Assembly (NCBI GenBank): GCA_964016885.1
Contig: OZ024740.1
Span: 380,370,001 to 380,434,000 of the forward strand
Direction of reading: 5' to 3'
Origin: Eledone cirrhosa
Lineage: Eukaryota
DNA: 64,000 nt
The notes under the pieces are model-generated. The model made no database searches. It had not been told where the DNA came from and worked only from the letters and a program-made list of their open reading frames with translations. Below are positions 24,791-39,240 of the stretch, piece by piece. Both the position numbers and the translations under genes were made by a program. The first letter of the stretch is position 1; each line of letters opens with the position of its first letter.

Positions 24791-26577
24791 ACTTTAATAC
24801 ATGAATACACATACATCTAACTATACACATCAAACATATATATATTTACTTATTTATATACATTTTCACATATATATACATACATATGGTCGCTTTTAGA
24901 CACCTACACTATAGTATATTAGCACCTATTCTCATCAGCATATCTTTCCATTATTAGTGTGGTTATTTAAGGTTATTAATATACATATATATGTTGAGAA
25001 GAGATTGTTTTTATATTTTTCTAACTAGATTGAGGTTTATATAGTTGGGAGGATGTCCCTCTTTTATGTAATATTCAGCTTGTAGTGGGAAAAAAGGGTT
25101 TTAGTTCGGTGGCGGCAGAATAATGTTCGTTCAATTCTGTTATTAAGCAATTTCTTCTTATGTGTGATTATGTAATGAATCTCAAGATTACACAATTTGC
25201 AGAAATTTGGGCTCCTGGAAAAGCTTTGGGTTTTAGCTAATTTCTCCCATTTTAGGGTAAACTTTTGATCGCTATCCCTGAGCGTCCAAGCTTTTTCTGC
25301 TAAAGTTGTTACATTTCTTTGGCTTTGGTGTTTTATTGAGTAAGAATGCCTATATAATCGAGATTTAAACGATGTTGCCGTTGATCCCACGTAATACCAC
25401 TCGTTGCCTCCGGATTCAATGGTACACTTATAGATGATATTTTTTTCCAGGCAGTTATTGCCGAGGGGGCAATTGTCAGGATAGGTGCAGTTACAGTTGT
25501 GTACGTTGGTTTTGTAGTTAGGTTTACTCTGGAGTAGTATTGCGGACGAACTTAGGTATGGTTTGTTTATGTTCTGTAGTGTATTGTTTACTGTTTTTTT
25601 TTTGTGTTCTTTGTACTTAAGTTTTTAGTGTTTTCGTTTAACCTTCTAGTATTGATCTTTTTTATGTGTTGTTCGAGGTTTAACGCTGTAGAGTATGACA
25701 GTCTTATAGTGGTAGGGTTTAGGATTGTGTGGTATTTGTGTGATGTAGGGAAATGTCTCTTAACTATTTTAAAGAAGAGTACTGGTAAATTTGTACTAAT
25801 GGAACTATTGTATTCAGGGTTATACCATAAGTACTCTTTGCATCGCTTTCTATTAATTTTGTTTGTTGGTTTACTGGTGTGTATACTATGGTAGTAAATG
25901 TGGTTTGGTGTTGTGTTATTATATCTACCTATGTGGGATTTATTTTGGGTGTTTTGATTGTTTTCATCTATATACTCTATTTTGTTGAGGTAGCCTGCTT
26001 TACTAAGGGCGTTATCGTAGTACTCGGCGTGTTCCTTAAATACTTGTATGTTAGAAGATAGACCCCGAGATTCTAAGGGAAATATTTTTAGGGATAGATT
26101 TAATTATAGAGATGGGGTGGTTAGACCCAACATTTACGTACTTGAGATTTTCATTCAATTTATGAAACGGTTTAATCAGACCAGAGTTTAAGGATTTTTA
26201 AATCTATCCTTCGGTGGAGTGAAATATAAACTAAACTATTGTTTTTATTTCATTGTTTTGAGAAATGTTTGTTTATTTGTGAAAACTTCTCCAAAATTTA
26301 ATTCAATTTTAGGTTTTAAAAAATGTTTCAGATATTATTTTATTAATAAACTGATATTTGTTCAGTTATGAAGTTTTCTCTTTTATTGCTTCAATAAATA
26401 TTAATAAGGACAATCGAAATATATTGTCTATATATATATTTTCACACAATCAACCATAATAATGCTCCATGTGTGTTTGTATATTTCTTTACTCTATTAT
26501 TCTATTCAGTGTTCCAGCCGAGAATCTGAGGCTATGCTGGAGCACCGCCATTAACCACAATCCCTCCATCTCAATTC

Positions 26578-26617
26578 TACTTTTGAAAAGCATAAGAACT
26601 GTGAAACCGGTAAAGTA
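26578..26617 (+). ncRNA. Minimal hammerhead, U3-A8 core variant, family D, third copy
   Basis: uacuu-UUGAAAA-gcauaagaacugu-GAAA-ccgg-UA-aagua. Confidence 0.7.
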
Positions 26618-26689
26618 AATAAATAAGTATTCTTAAAAAGACTCCAATTGCATTTTCGATTTCTTTACCTTATATATATATATATATAT

Positions 26690-27110
26690 CTACTATATAA
26701 ATTGGAAGTGGTCGGACGTTGTATATTTAAGTAAGTAGGTGTAGTCGGATAAACGTCGAAATGGCTTGGTGGAATGCAGCGAAAATTTACACAGTTATGC
26801 AGAATGACCCGAGGAGGCGTTGGGTCGACTTTCAAGCTACAAGCTTCCATGGTTACGGAGAAAATCGCTGAACAGCAATTTCCCATTCAAATTGAAATGA
26901 GAGTAATCTGTGAACGGAGAAGTAAATATTTCGTGAAACGTTGCAACCGAACGAAAACAGGAAGACGATATTTTGGTTCGTGAAGACGTTCCCTGGCAAT
27001 GAACGGAAAAAAGCGAGGATAATACGTCGTTATGTGGACCGAGAAGAACAATTTCATGCAAAGACAAGACCAAGTTTATGGTATAAATGGAGTCGTTAGA
27101 CTAATATTCT
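26690..27110 (-). mobile_element. PLE 3' UTR fragment related to 46930-47130
   Basis: 26925-27030 resembles the reverse complement of 47010-47110; ends in (TA)n. Confidence 0.6.
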
Positions 27111-27399
27111 ATTTAAAATAAAAGAATAATTTCCAGCCCCGGAGTTTAAGAATGATGTAAATAAAATTGAAAACGAAAATGACAGAGGTTATTAAAATAG
27201 TAAAAGTAAATAGTGAAGATTTAGGCCCGTACATACGTATGCCCCGACGGACATACACATACATACGCACACACAAATACATACACACCCACAAACACAC
27301 GCGCGCGCGCGCGCGTATGTATAGACCTTATGCATTTCTACAGTATTTTCTCCAAACTTAAGACATAGGTTACTTATGTACTCCGGATGTCATGGGCAC

Positions 27400-27750
27400 T
27401 TTCATTTTTCCAGATATTGATTATAGGGCCTCCCGGCAGATAACACCCTTTAATCACTTCCTTGGAGTCGACTGAAGCACTGCAGTGCAATGCAACAAAA
27501 CGTCATAACTTCTGGAGTTCGCAACCGATTTTCAAAACTTGACACATGGGCTACGTTTGTGTTACAGATGAATATGAACTTTCAGAATTGGCACATACTG
27601 AGTAGGGGACCCTGGGGGAAGGAACCCCCTTTTGGAAAAAGCCGATGATTTTGTAAAAGTATAGTTTTCGAAGCAGCACTGAAGTATTGACATAAATGTT
27701 ATACACAACTGCTATTTAATACCTGAGCAACGCCTGGTACCTCTGCTAGT
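27400..27750 (+). mobile_element. Non-autonomous Helitron-like fragment (3' end)
   Basis: Terminal hairpin acctgagcaacgcctggtac followed by CTAG-T. The 5' boundary is uncertain. Confidence 0.55.
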
Positions 27751-27873
27751 ATATATATATATATATATATATGCTCGAAACCTCCCCCACCCCCACACAC
27801 ACCACACCCTCCACTCCTAATACTAACACTGTTCGTAACTGCACTCCTTGTTATTGTTTTGTTTTGTACTTTG

Positions 27874-27918
<45 letters not shown>

Positions 27919-28100
27919 CTGCCTCTAATTCTTTAACATTTACATTTTGTTCTTGCACCAGTTATTTCTCTGAAGTTAATCATACATTTAATCCTGTATG
28001 TCAATTTTCGATATAACCCATACGTACATATGTATGTATATATATATATATATATATGTGTGTGTACGTATGCGTACTTACATATATATATATATACTTA

Positions 28101-28173
<73 letters not shown>

Positions 28174-28280
28174 ATAATAATAAATTTGAAGACTAAAATC
28201 CAAAGAGGGCTCGATAACGATAAATATATATCAAATATATAAGAACCGTAGAGCAAATATTTATTAAAATAACAGATTAA

Positions 28281-28331
28281 AGTTTAAGCAAAGAATCGCT
28301 GCTTCCACCCTTAACGGGATCTTCTGAAACT
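28281..28331 (-). ncRNA. Hammerhead-like motif, family G (CAGAAGA core); this copy has GGAA for GAAA
   Basis: Reverse complement of the 43791-43841 motif. The tail runs to (TA)n at ~28170. Confidence 0.55.
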
Positions 28332-28389
28332 ATACATATATATAGTGACGAAACATAAGTCAGTTGCATGAACTCATAATCCTTTATTT

Positions 28390-28445
28390 ACTGCTATATA
28401 TATTTCGATGATAGCCATTGAGTGGCTATGACCTCATCAGGCAGT
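28390..28445 (-). ncRNA. Minimal hammerhead, family H
   Basis: acugc-CUGAUGA-ggucauagcca-cucaa-uggcuaucauc-GAAA-uauaua-UA-gcagu. Confidence 0.85.
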
Positions 28446-28516
28446 TAGTCATTTCTTAGATATACCTGCTCTGTGTTTATGGTGTTGATTGTATCAGAGC
28501 CTTGGGACATATCTAC

Positions 28517-28585
<69 letters not shown>

Positions 28586-28589
28586 TAAA

Positions 28590-28782
28590 TGTATAGTATA
28601 TTTGGCAATATACTGTATGTTTACTTAAAAACATTTAGAAGACCATTCGCTATGAGTTTTCAAGTAGTGATAAAGTCACTACTTTTAAATGAGTGACATA
28701 GACACTACTTGAATACTCATAGCGAATGGTCTTCTAAATGTTTTTAATCAGACATATAGTATATTGCCAAATATACTATACG
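28590..28782. repeat. Imperfect inverted repeat with ~80-bp arms between microsatellites
   Basis: tatagtatatttggcaatatac...caagtagtg pairs with cactacttg...gtatattgccaaatatactata. Confidence 0.75.
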
Positions 28783-28832
28783 TACATTGCTATTTCAGAG
28801 CACCAATACTAATACCTATCTATCTCTCCATA

Positions 28833-29328
<496 letters not shown>

Positions 29329-29344
29329 ATATATTGTTGTTTTT

Positions 29345-29478
29345 TTATATAGAAATATATATATATTTAATATAGAAATGGCTTCTACAGGACTAGAACT
29401 GTATTAAATATTTATACTTTGCTTTATGTATTGAGTACCTCACTTACTGTGGTTACCCCCGACTGAACCCGGGAAAAA
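29345..29478 (+). mobile_element. PLE terminal fragment, family A, with inversion and half-HHR
   Basis: gcttctacaggactagaactgt (inverted) joined to the family A tail. A more decayed copy is at ~17586-17683. Confidence 0.7.
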
Positions 29479-29480
29479 CA

Positions 29481-29540
<60 letters not shown>

Positions 29541-29543
<3 letters not shown>

Positions 29544-30148
29544 GGTGGCTGCCAACTCGTTTTCGAGTACAGCCACTACTTTATATCCATGTAGGAGAAC
29601 CCCTACCGATGCGCTGAACGAGTGTGACTTTTTAGTCCAGCCAGCGACTTGAAAACTCTGGTACAAATACTGCACTTGTGACAACTATTGACACATAGTG
29701 CCAGGCCCATGGTACCATGTGACGACAAGTGCAGAGAGATCTCCAGATATAAAGCAATGCCTGTGCCGTGAAGCTTTTATAGTGAGAAAAGGCACTGCAC
29801 AAAGCCAGTCCCACTCTCTTAACTATGATATTTACCAAAAAGAAGAACAAGTCAACATCATTGGATACCAACAGGGTTGCAGGTGTTATATCAGAGTTTT
29901 CCTTCTCCTAGAATTCTGCCTTGACAAAGGCTAAGGGGTCATCTCTCCCGGTGATTTTGGATGGCCATTGACTCTTAAGAGCTCCTTTGCCCTTTGACAG
30001 GTTTTGTTTTTAGTCCTGCAGGATGTCCAAAGTCACCCTCCACACCAAGAAACCTTGGTGGGGTTGCCAGTTTAGTCGCCAATGACCCGACCATGAGACA
30101 GGTAGTACTGGGATACATGTTACCAGTAGCACCAACTGGTGACCTGAC
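29541..30148 (-). mobile_element. Full-length non-autonomous RTE-derived element, subfamily 1
   Basis: Reverse complement of 47591-48188; flanked by (TA)n and (TACA)n. Confidence 0.85.
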
Positions 30149-30299
30149 ATACATACATACATACATACATACATACATACATACATACATACATACATAC
30201 ATACATACATACATACATACATACATACATACATACGCTTAACATGTATGTAATTATATCCTAGAAATACATTTTTAAAGTAATATTCTTATTTTCACC

Positions 30300-31547
30300 C
30301 CACCGCTGCAGAAAACATTCCTGTATACACAAGGAAGTAAATAGGGTTCATAGCAAAAATGATGTATGAAAAAACAAATTTAAATAGCATTGCAATAAAA
30401 ATAGATAAAGATACAAAACAATACATGAGAACAGAATTACCAAACTTACTGAATAAAATAACACAGAAGAGAAAAGCCACCCCACGGCCAATAACATGCA
30501 GAGCTCAACAGAGAAGGAATCCTCAAAATAAAAGTCAGCAACAGCTCAGAAGCTCCGGATTAAAATTAGAAAATGGAAAGTGTGATTCTTGCTGCGCAAG
30601 AATAATGAATGGCCAGCAACCACTCTACAAACAGGTCGATAAACACGGATCATAACATCAAATGCTAAATGTGCAACCAATACAAGGATATGGTTAAATA
30701 TATGATTTCTGGCTGTCCAGTCCTTGCCAAATTTGAATGTATACACAGAGATGTATATAATTGGACAATGTGGCAAGACTTCCACCTGCAAACTGACAAG
30801 AAGTGGTATAAATATGAACCAAGCACGCACAGTACATGACAACAAACTGGCCACAATCATCGGAGATATTCCCATCAAAACCAACAAATAAATCAAGGAA
30901 AACCGCCTGCACATAATCAACAATTTAGAAAAATAAAACATAACTCATAGACATCACAATAAATTCTGACCAAAATATTTGCCGACTAGAAGTGGAAACA
31001 AAATATAAGGATCTTGAAATCGAAATATACTGGATAGGAGGCATGAAATTAAAAGCGATATAAAAAATAATCGAAGCACAAGCTTTTTTAAACACATATG
31101 AACAAAAATACATAGAAGTCATACAAGGACTCATAAAACTACACAGTCTAAAAAAACGTAGCCTCTGCAAAGAACAGATTACATCTTGCAGAAGACATCA
31201 ATAGAATAGCACAGCTCAAATAAAACAATATTTACACACAACACAACCTATAAAATAAACACCAATAAAATGAAATAACACAACTCAAACAATATACACT
31301 CTACAAGATAAAATAGCACAACTCACATAACACGCACCATATACAACAGAGAACTGTCTGATGCTGTACAGTAACATAAAAACTGTCTGATGCTGTACAG
31401 TAACAAAATTAGTCAATACTCCCTCAGACCCAACAAGAACAAGAGCACAACACTGCACATGCACCTGGAACACAGAGGTGCACGAGAAAATGCAGTAAAA
31501 TCTAGCATGAAACTACAGAAGAAATAATAATAATAAATAATAATAAT
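30300..31547 (+). mobile_element. Decayed R4/Dong-like LINE, 3' portion (restriction-like endonuclease)
   Basis: Frameshifted C..C...ISGCPVLA zinc finger, DIPIKT, LIDIT and KYKDLEIEI motifs, ending in (TAA)n at ~31526-31547. Confidence 0.7.
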
Positions 31548-34449
31548 GGTGTCTCCCTTTGTAAAATTCTGTGTAATTGCGGTTAGCTGTGCAACGGCCA
31601 ATTGTCACGAAAGTCATGTCTGGTGCTGTGGAGCATTAAATACAATGGCTTCCTAAAACAAAACTGCAATGTTTCAAAGCACCTACTTTCAATGGTAGGT
31701 TTATGAATGTATTTTAGAAAAAAAAACATTGAATAGAATTACGATAAAATATTTATTGACAAATGGTGTCTGACAGATACATTTTAATAAAGTTTAATGA
31801 TACTTGTACACAAAAGTAATATAATAACTGTTTTTCATGCTTGAAACTAATTTTTTAATTTATATATGAACGTAAATTTATATAATCTCCACAAAATAGA
31901 TGAATCCTTTTTATTAAAAGATTTATTTATCTTGTAATGTAATCGAGAAAACAAGAGTAAAAGAGAAAACGACTGATATTTAGCTGAAATATTTCGATGT
32001 TGTATAAAATGTTATTAGTAAATATTTTCTGTATTTTAAAATAGCACAAGTGATTTGATGAAAATTCAAGTCCACTAATGAACGACCACTAGCTTTAGTA
32101 AGTTATCTTCTTGCATAGCTAGGGGTTCCCGAAAATTAAAATGGTGCTTCTTTCATAATATATCTAGTCAATTATTGATACATGAGAGTTATTGAAAGCA
32201 ACATTATCAACTCTAATAACGCTTTACTGACGAAGGACAGCTGCATCTTCGAAAGCTTGCTAATGTATTCACTCAACACTTAATTATCATGACTTCAGAT
32301 GTGTTATTATTGATAACTAAAATATTAAATAATGTATTTGTAGTATTGTACTATGTTGTAGACAGAAGAAGAAAGAAGTAGATCACTAATATCAAGGGTC
32401 TACCTTGATAATACAATTAGATAGGTGCCGTTAGATGTTAGTATTAGCTATTAGCAATTAGCTTTGAATATTAGTATTAGTATTAGCTATTTGATACAAT
32501 GAACATTCATTCTAAATCAATATCATTTCTATATTTTATGTAAACCTCCTTATTGGAAATAATATTCCTATTAGGTATTGCTATAGGAGAGGATAAAGTC
32601 ATTTACAAATTACCCTTGATTGACATTGACATTACTTACTACTGAACAGAACATCTAATCTCTCAGTCCAACGAGGAGAAAAAACTACATGGTCAATCTA
32701 AATATTAAGATTAGCAACCATATTTCTCTCATATAAAACCTTACTGTAAAACAAAATGAATAGACTTGATAATATAGCTCTATGGACACTAACATTTAGA
32801 AAACGACGCGATGCACAAGGTTGGATTGCCTTCGACCATAGGTCTTATCGATTCGGACTGACCTTGGGATAGACAAAAACTAATAGTAATAACATATAGT
32901 GTTCGCTTCTCCAATCTGTCGAATGATATTTGTTAATTAGTAGACTCTTTGCTATGATAAATAACGAACAGCATAGAGAGGATATTGAAGATCTTCTGAA
33001 ATGTTATTCGAAATAAAATAGATGTCTTGTTTGTTTTAATGTAGTTATACCTCACTTGTGAGCAACAATTTCGATAGTGTATTTTTAGTTTTACAATATA
33101 ATTGTCTATGGTGGTAGTATTATATAGCTTAAGCAAGAAGCAAGTATTTCTACTAGCTCTTAAAAAGAAAAAAAATGGAAATGTCTTTCAATAGCTTTGT
33201 TATACTACTATAAGACTTCTGCAATCAGAAATGTTTCACTTATTAAGAATGTTTAGTTCTGCTTCAGGTTTTATTTTTTTTTATCCACTTACTTGCTGGT
33301 TATTGTAGAATTTGTCTTCAAACTATTGTTGGAGTAACCCATTCAAACTGTATGTGGAGATTATATTTCGTATTTAGTCATGCAATTATTCTATAGTTTT
33401 ATCGTGTGGATATGGATATAAGTACGTATGTATGTATACGTGAATGTATGTATGTATGTTCAGAGAGTGAGATTGGCCCCATGCAAAGGTTTTCCTCACT
33501 TAAAAAAGCTTCAAGTACAGGCATCGTTTGATATGTGACATTTTTTACGATGTATAGTATTGTTGGTCAAAGGCCATGTCCGTGATGCTCATGCTTAAGT
33601 ATCAAGCTATGGCATTACTTGAAATCGAGCTGCAGCCATCATATCATCATGTGTGTATGTAACTTCGTGTACCTTTCTTTTTTTATTAGTTTAACACATC
33701 TAATAAGAAACAAAGTTTCTTCGCTAGAATTTGGATAGCAATTACATACTGAACTTTAGTATTGCATATTATTACTGTTTCGCTTGCATTTCGTATTAAA
33801 AAATGATTGTTATCTGATCACTTTCTCTATCTGAAAACCCTAATATAGGCAAGTGAACCAATAATTCACGTTATAGGTGTGTATTTGTGAAATGAGTAGG
33901 TTTCAATGCATATGTCCCTAAATACATTTCTTAGTGATTTTGAACGAAATATTCACACATGAAGACCAGCTAGTCTCCATGATTGTTTATCATTTTGTCT
34001 GTCTCAAACAACTACATCTGGCTTATATTTTCTCATGCTAGGATATTGGATGGGAATGGTTCGCCAATACGCAATATCGCTATGTATAAATGTATTTACT
34101 GTCAATAGCAAAAGTTTTCTCTATATAAATATCTAAATGCATATTTATCACATTGGATATTGTTTTAGCAGCAACAGCACCATGCCACGTTAGCATGCAG
34201 TACATTGGGTATTTGGCGGCAGTTGTTGATAACATGTACGAGAGTCAGCTGATAAGTTCATAGGCCGACTATGAGGGATTGATGCTGTGAAATATTGCAT
34301 GCATTAGTTGCAACTCTTCTTGTTAATTACTGCGTTCGACTATGTTGAAAAATAAACCTCATTTGCCCGCCTATGAACTTTCCAGCCGGCCGTCGTATAC
34401 TATCTTTCGAAATGTGACATGATGTATCGGTTACAAGTCCAAGATAAGC

Positions 34450-35860
34450 TATAATTCATAGCCCACTTCTCAGGTTTATGGAAAACATTGGTCACAGGGA
34501 AGTGACCAATATGATATTGCCTACCTTGCTTTGCAGAACCTAATTGATGTATTATTTCTTCTGCCAGTGTTTAGATGATGTTATATATGTAATGCCATAC
34601 GATAGTCAAAGTTACCTACTCTGATGGTAAGCCTTTCACTGTCTATTTTCTTCTAGAATGGAGCATTTCATTATCACTGTTTCCTTAGAAACCTTCGGTT
34701 GACGACAGGATCATCTGGGTTTAATATCTATGGAGAGTATTTACTCTATAGAGTAGTTAAGTATTGAAAATGTTTATATAAATACTGTTATTGTGCATAT
34801 GCTGCCGATACTGTCTTGCATGAGGAGAGCTCTGGCTGCCATATTTTTAAAGTCAGTATATTATTCGGTCATGCTATGTTTGTATGATATAGTTTCGTGA
34901 ATAGTTAGGTATTTGTAGTATTCTCTGCGTATACCAGAAGAGATAGGAAGGTCGTTGATGCAATGATATTAGAATTGTAAACTGTTTTTCCACATTCAAC
35001 TATCAAATATAGGAATTTCGTTTGGACAATTTCAATCCCTACAGTAACAGAAAATGCTGCAAAATCAAGCTGATTCTCAGCATCGTAAATCTTTCTAGTA
35101 TAGATCGTTAGATCTTCCAATAAATAATAATAGATTACACTGATGTCTCTTGCTGTTGTAGTCCTTAGCCCATAACTAGACTTTTGTAAAAGAAATGACA
35201 ATGGATTTAGTATCATAATAAACAGAAATTCTTACAGACTATCTCCGTTGAATATTCCTTTGTCAGAGACATTTGTTTTGTTACAAGTATGAGGAATATT
35301 CACAGGTTTTTGTTTTATGAACCTTTCAATGGCAGCAACTAAAGTAGCCGATACTTTTGACAAGTACGGTTATTTTAGTAACCGTGAGTGAGAAATAATC
35401 TCGAATGCTTTTCAATAATCAAACCATATTTGCTGCCGTGTTTTCTTACTTCAGATAGCACAGATTTATTTATCAAAAGCTGCTCAATACATTTTCCTAA
35501 TCCCTTCTTTCCACCTGCCTGCTCATTAATCACTATACATTTTGGACTTGCAATTCTTGAGGGAATTGATTAAGACAATTTGTATAAATTTGAACATAGT
35601 GTTCAAGCAGCGAGCCAAAATATTTCTACCAAATCATTTTTTTTACATTATTAGATACAAGATTTATTCGTATTATAGCAAGCCAATTTGTTATGTCAAT
35701 CTGATCTCCCACGGTTGCATTAAATATTCGTAATATTGACTTTCTATTGAGCATCAACAGCTTATACCGCTTTTCAACTATTTGGGCTCCACCTGATGCT
35801 TCCCGTTATGCAGCTTTTCCTCAGCTTTGGGGGATAGTTTCAAAGTTGATTATGTATGTT
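34450..35860 (-). mobile_element. Decayed R4/Dong-like reverse transcriptase remnant
   Basis: Minus-strand EQAGGKKG..C.EQLLINK, GIFNGDSL..LNPLSFLL and LLEDL (FVDDL-equivalent) motifs, with many stops. Boundaries are approximate. Confidence 0.7.
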
Positions 35861-36679
35861 TTACAGTTGGTGCATACAGAAACTACAGTTGTGTGTGTGT
35901 ATATGTGTATGTGTGTGTGTGTATGTGTGTGTGTATGTGTGTGTGTTGTGTGGGTGTGCATCTTTAACTCGTTGAGTAATTGCAACACAGACTGTAAGTT
36001 TCCTCACCATTATATTCCAAGAGCCAAATAGAGTCTTTTTTGCTTTTGTTTTATTTATATTGTTTTTCATTTTGATTGTAATGTTATTCTTCTGGGGAAT
36101 ATTTAAACTAAGAAAAGTGAGCTTATGAAATATTATGCATTACACTCTCAAATTTTGTTAATGCAATGTATCCGCCAATAGTAAGCATCATAATATATCT
36201 ACCATTGCTTTCTTTTCCTATGCGTGTACATTTATATCAGTCTCTATCGTATAGGTTGACGTAGCACACTAATCTGTTTGTAATAGTCATCAAAGTAAAT
36301 ATTTACACTTAATTTGTATGAACCTCCGTAAGATACTTGTATAAAAAAAAAGAAGAGAAGCATCAGATCACTTGCTATTGTTGCGTCATCATGATAATTA
36401 CAGCAGATTACAAACATAGCATGTAGTTACCTGTCTTATGATATATCGGGTAATAATACTGAATAAATTATGACAATCTACCAATATAGACGAAAATGTG
36501 CATTTGTTAAAAATAAAACTATAAATATTTCAATACCTATGGAGAAGTTTCAAAAGTGTAGTGAGACTAATAAATTGCAATCAGTCCAATAAGACGGGTA
36601 GCTGGATAATTCACTTTGTCCAAATCCAACATACATAACTACAGCTACCTCACCGCTAATTGTAAGTAATATATATATA

Positions 36680-36754
36680 CAGAGTATCTCAAAGATCACT
36701 ATCTATTTTGTATAGCAATAAGTACGTCAAAATAGTGACTTTAGAGACACCCAG
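36680..36754. mobile_element. Tiny Tc1/mariner-type MITE
   Basis: Imperfect TIRs cagagtatctcaaagatcactat and atagtgactttagagacacccag, in a TA context. Confidence 0.5.
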
Positions 36755-36992
36755 GATATATATATATATATATATATTGAGAGAGAGAGAGAGAGTCTGG
36801 AAGTAGCTGTTGAAACAGAAAGAGCTCAGCCGTCGGTCCCGACTCTTTCTAATATAGTCACATTCTACTAAAATAATTATGGAGTATTCTGTTGAATAAT
36901 GGTCTAACTAGTTTAATACCGGTTTAATATATATATGTGTGCGTGTGTGGGTACGTATTTATTTGTGTGTGTGTATGTGTGTATGCGTGTGT

Positions 36993-37046
<54 letters not shown>

Positions 37047-37863
37047 CTTATTGTGATGAAATCGTTTATGCCGAAACTCATATTTAGCGACCGGATATTT
37101 AAAAACCGGAAAGCTAATCTTGAATACAAAGGACTGAGTGCCCATAATATATCCAGGCCCACCAATTCTAGTGAGATCAGGCTGGAAAATAAACAGAGCT
37201 AAGCCCAAAGAACTAAGAAATGTAATGGACGAATGTATTATATATATATATACGTGTATGTGCACGTGTAAGCCACTAACTGTTAGAAAACAAAAGACAT
37301 TGGTTGGAACGATCTATTACTGTGATGTCATAGCTGTGATTGTGCAGCGAATAATTATGAAATCTGTATCGCTTTGTCTCCATAAGTGATAAAAGCACGC
37401 TGCACAGAATCTTACAATCTTGAGTCGATACGTACAGAAACAACAACAAAAATAAGAACAACACCAAGAAGAAGAAAATCTTATTCTCACGAACAAAATA
37501 ATCAATCTTGCCTTCCTCATCTAATTGCCAATTAACGAGCATTAGAATATCACAACACACGCTAACATTTTAAGGATACTGTTCAACAGCGATTTAATAA
37601 TTTCAGTCTGAAATAAAATAAAGTACAGATTTGTTTATTACGGAAGAATAATGCCGTAAAAGGATAAAGAATATGATAGAGTGGCGTATTGGAACACCTC
37701 ACTCCACCAATTCTCGTGTCAAATTCCACCACCATTTCAAGTGTCTTATTAATGTTTTAATTTATCGACATCGTATCGATGACGTATAAAAATGTACAGA
37801 TACAGTTAAGCTCAACGTGATTATTGTATCTGAAAGATGTAAAACACTGGATTTAATATTCTA

Positions 37864-37921
37864 AAGAAGAAGAAGAAGAAGAAGAAGAAGAAGAAGAAGA
37901 AGAAGAAGAAGAAGAAGAAGA
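37864..37921. repeat. (GAA)n microsatellite
   Basis: Read directly from the sequence. Confidence 0.95.
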
Positions 37922-39019
37922 CACGGCAGCAATTATCAAAGTTTTTTCAAACATTATCCAATATTGTGTTCCTGCTATGTTTTGTTTTTTAAGTTTTGAG
38001 AAACTTGGTTGCAATTTCTAGCAGGTTGAACGACCACATAATTGAATTGGAAAACAGGTATTTCAGCCTTTTCATAACCAATTAATTTTCACACGGACCA
38101 CAGTCTTTCTGCTCAACAAGCATTCAAAACCCCTGCTTTATAGCCACTCAGCTAACCGCAAAGCACAGCTGAGAATCACTGATCTAAAATATCATACAAC
38201 ATTGTAGAAACGTCTAGAGGTGGGATGGATAACCCATTATCCAGGAGTGAAATTCTTTATAAACCTACATGATAAACAAAACAAAATCATTTAACCTTCA
38301 AGAATAAATCATTCATTTAAAATTAGTTGCTTACCTATAAATTTGCACTCATAAACATTCTTATTTTTCTCAGCATAGATGCGCCACAACACGCAACTAT
38401 GCTTATCGTTGAAACTGAAAAAAAAAGGTTCCCACCCATGATCTAGATAATTAACAATACTTCAAAATTCCACTTAACTTACCAAAATGCAATACCTGAA
38501 AACACGTGCAAAGAGCGAGCAAGAATCCTGACAAAAAAAAAAACAAAAAAAAAACAGGAATAAATTTATTTATCAAACACAGCAAATGTGTTTAACAAAC
38601 ATAGAAATAGGCTGCACTGCTGGCATGTCATGATCGGCTACTCATAAATAAAACAATATTAGAAAATGGCTTCCAGCAGTTCTCTAATATTGTTTTATTA
38701 ATAAGGCAGGCTGGTGGAGTAGCGGAAACTCAAGAACAAATCTCTTAAAGTATTTAGTTTCTTCCTTCTTGATCCTGGGTTCAAAACCGATCAGACTCAA
38801 CTTGCAGTCTACCATAGTAGTGAAACAAAAACTGTAAAGTATTCGCCCAAACGCCAAAAAGTGTTTAATCTTGCCCCTCTAGATGTCACAGTGTTGTGAA
38901 ATCTTATTAATAACTACATTGTTTATTTCCATGGACTATGTTGAAAAATAAACCTCATTTGGTCATTCCGTGAGAGTATCTTGGTCAGTCTATAACATTT
39001 TCAGCCGACTCTCGTATTT

Positions 39020-39190
39020 ATTCCGGCTCTCTACATTCTGAGTTCAAATGACGCTAAGGTCAACTTTGCCTTTCATCTTTCTGAGATCGATCAAATAAAG
39101 TACCAATAAAGTACTGGGCTTGATATAATCGATATTCTGCTTCCCCTAAATTGCTGGCCTTGTACCTATGTTGGAAATCATTATTATTAT
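39020..39190 (+). mobile_element. Deu/Nin-core SINE, diverged
   Basis: B-box, core and (ATT)n tail. Confidence 0.75.
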
Positions 39191-39240
39191 TTGAGACATT
39201 TTCTCTATGTTAGAAACCAGTGTTATTATTTATTGTTTCT

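Larger units (their letters stand above)
23836..26195 (-). mobile_element. Penelope-like element (Naiad-like), 5'-truncated and frameshifted
   Basis: Minus-strand remnants YVNVGSNHP, WYNPEYN..HFP..YST and GIY-YIG CNC..CPL..IIYKC..YYVGST (ORF 25064-25390). A long 3' UTR ends in an HHR and (TA)n. Continuity through 24480-25000 is inferred. Confidence 0.8.

Noticed and set aside
26817-26858. Minus-strand aagct-tgt-agctt-GAAA-gtcgac motif in a PLE 3' UTR relative
   Set aside because: CUGANGA and NUH are not recognisable; too degenerate to call.
32222-32266. CTGACGA-agga..tctt-c-GAAA-gcttgc-TA hammerhead-like core
   Set aside because: Helix I does not pair. At best an old decayed HHR, so it is not counted.
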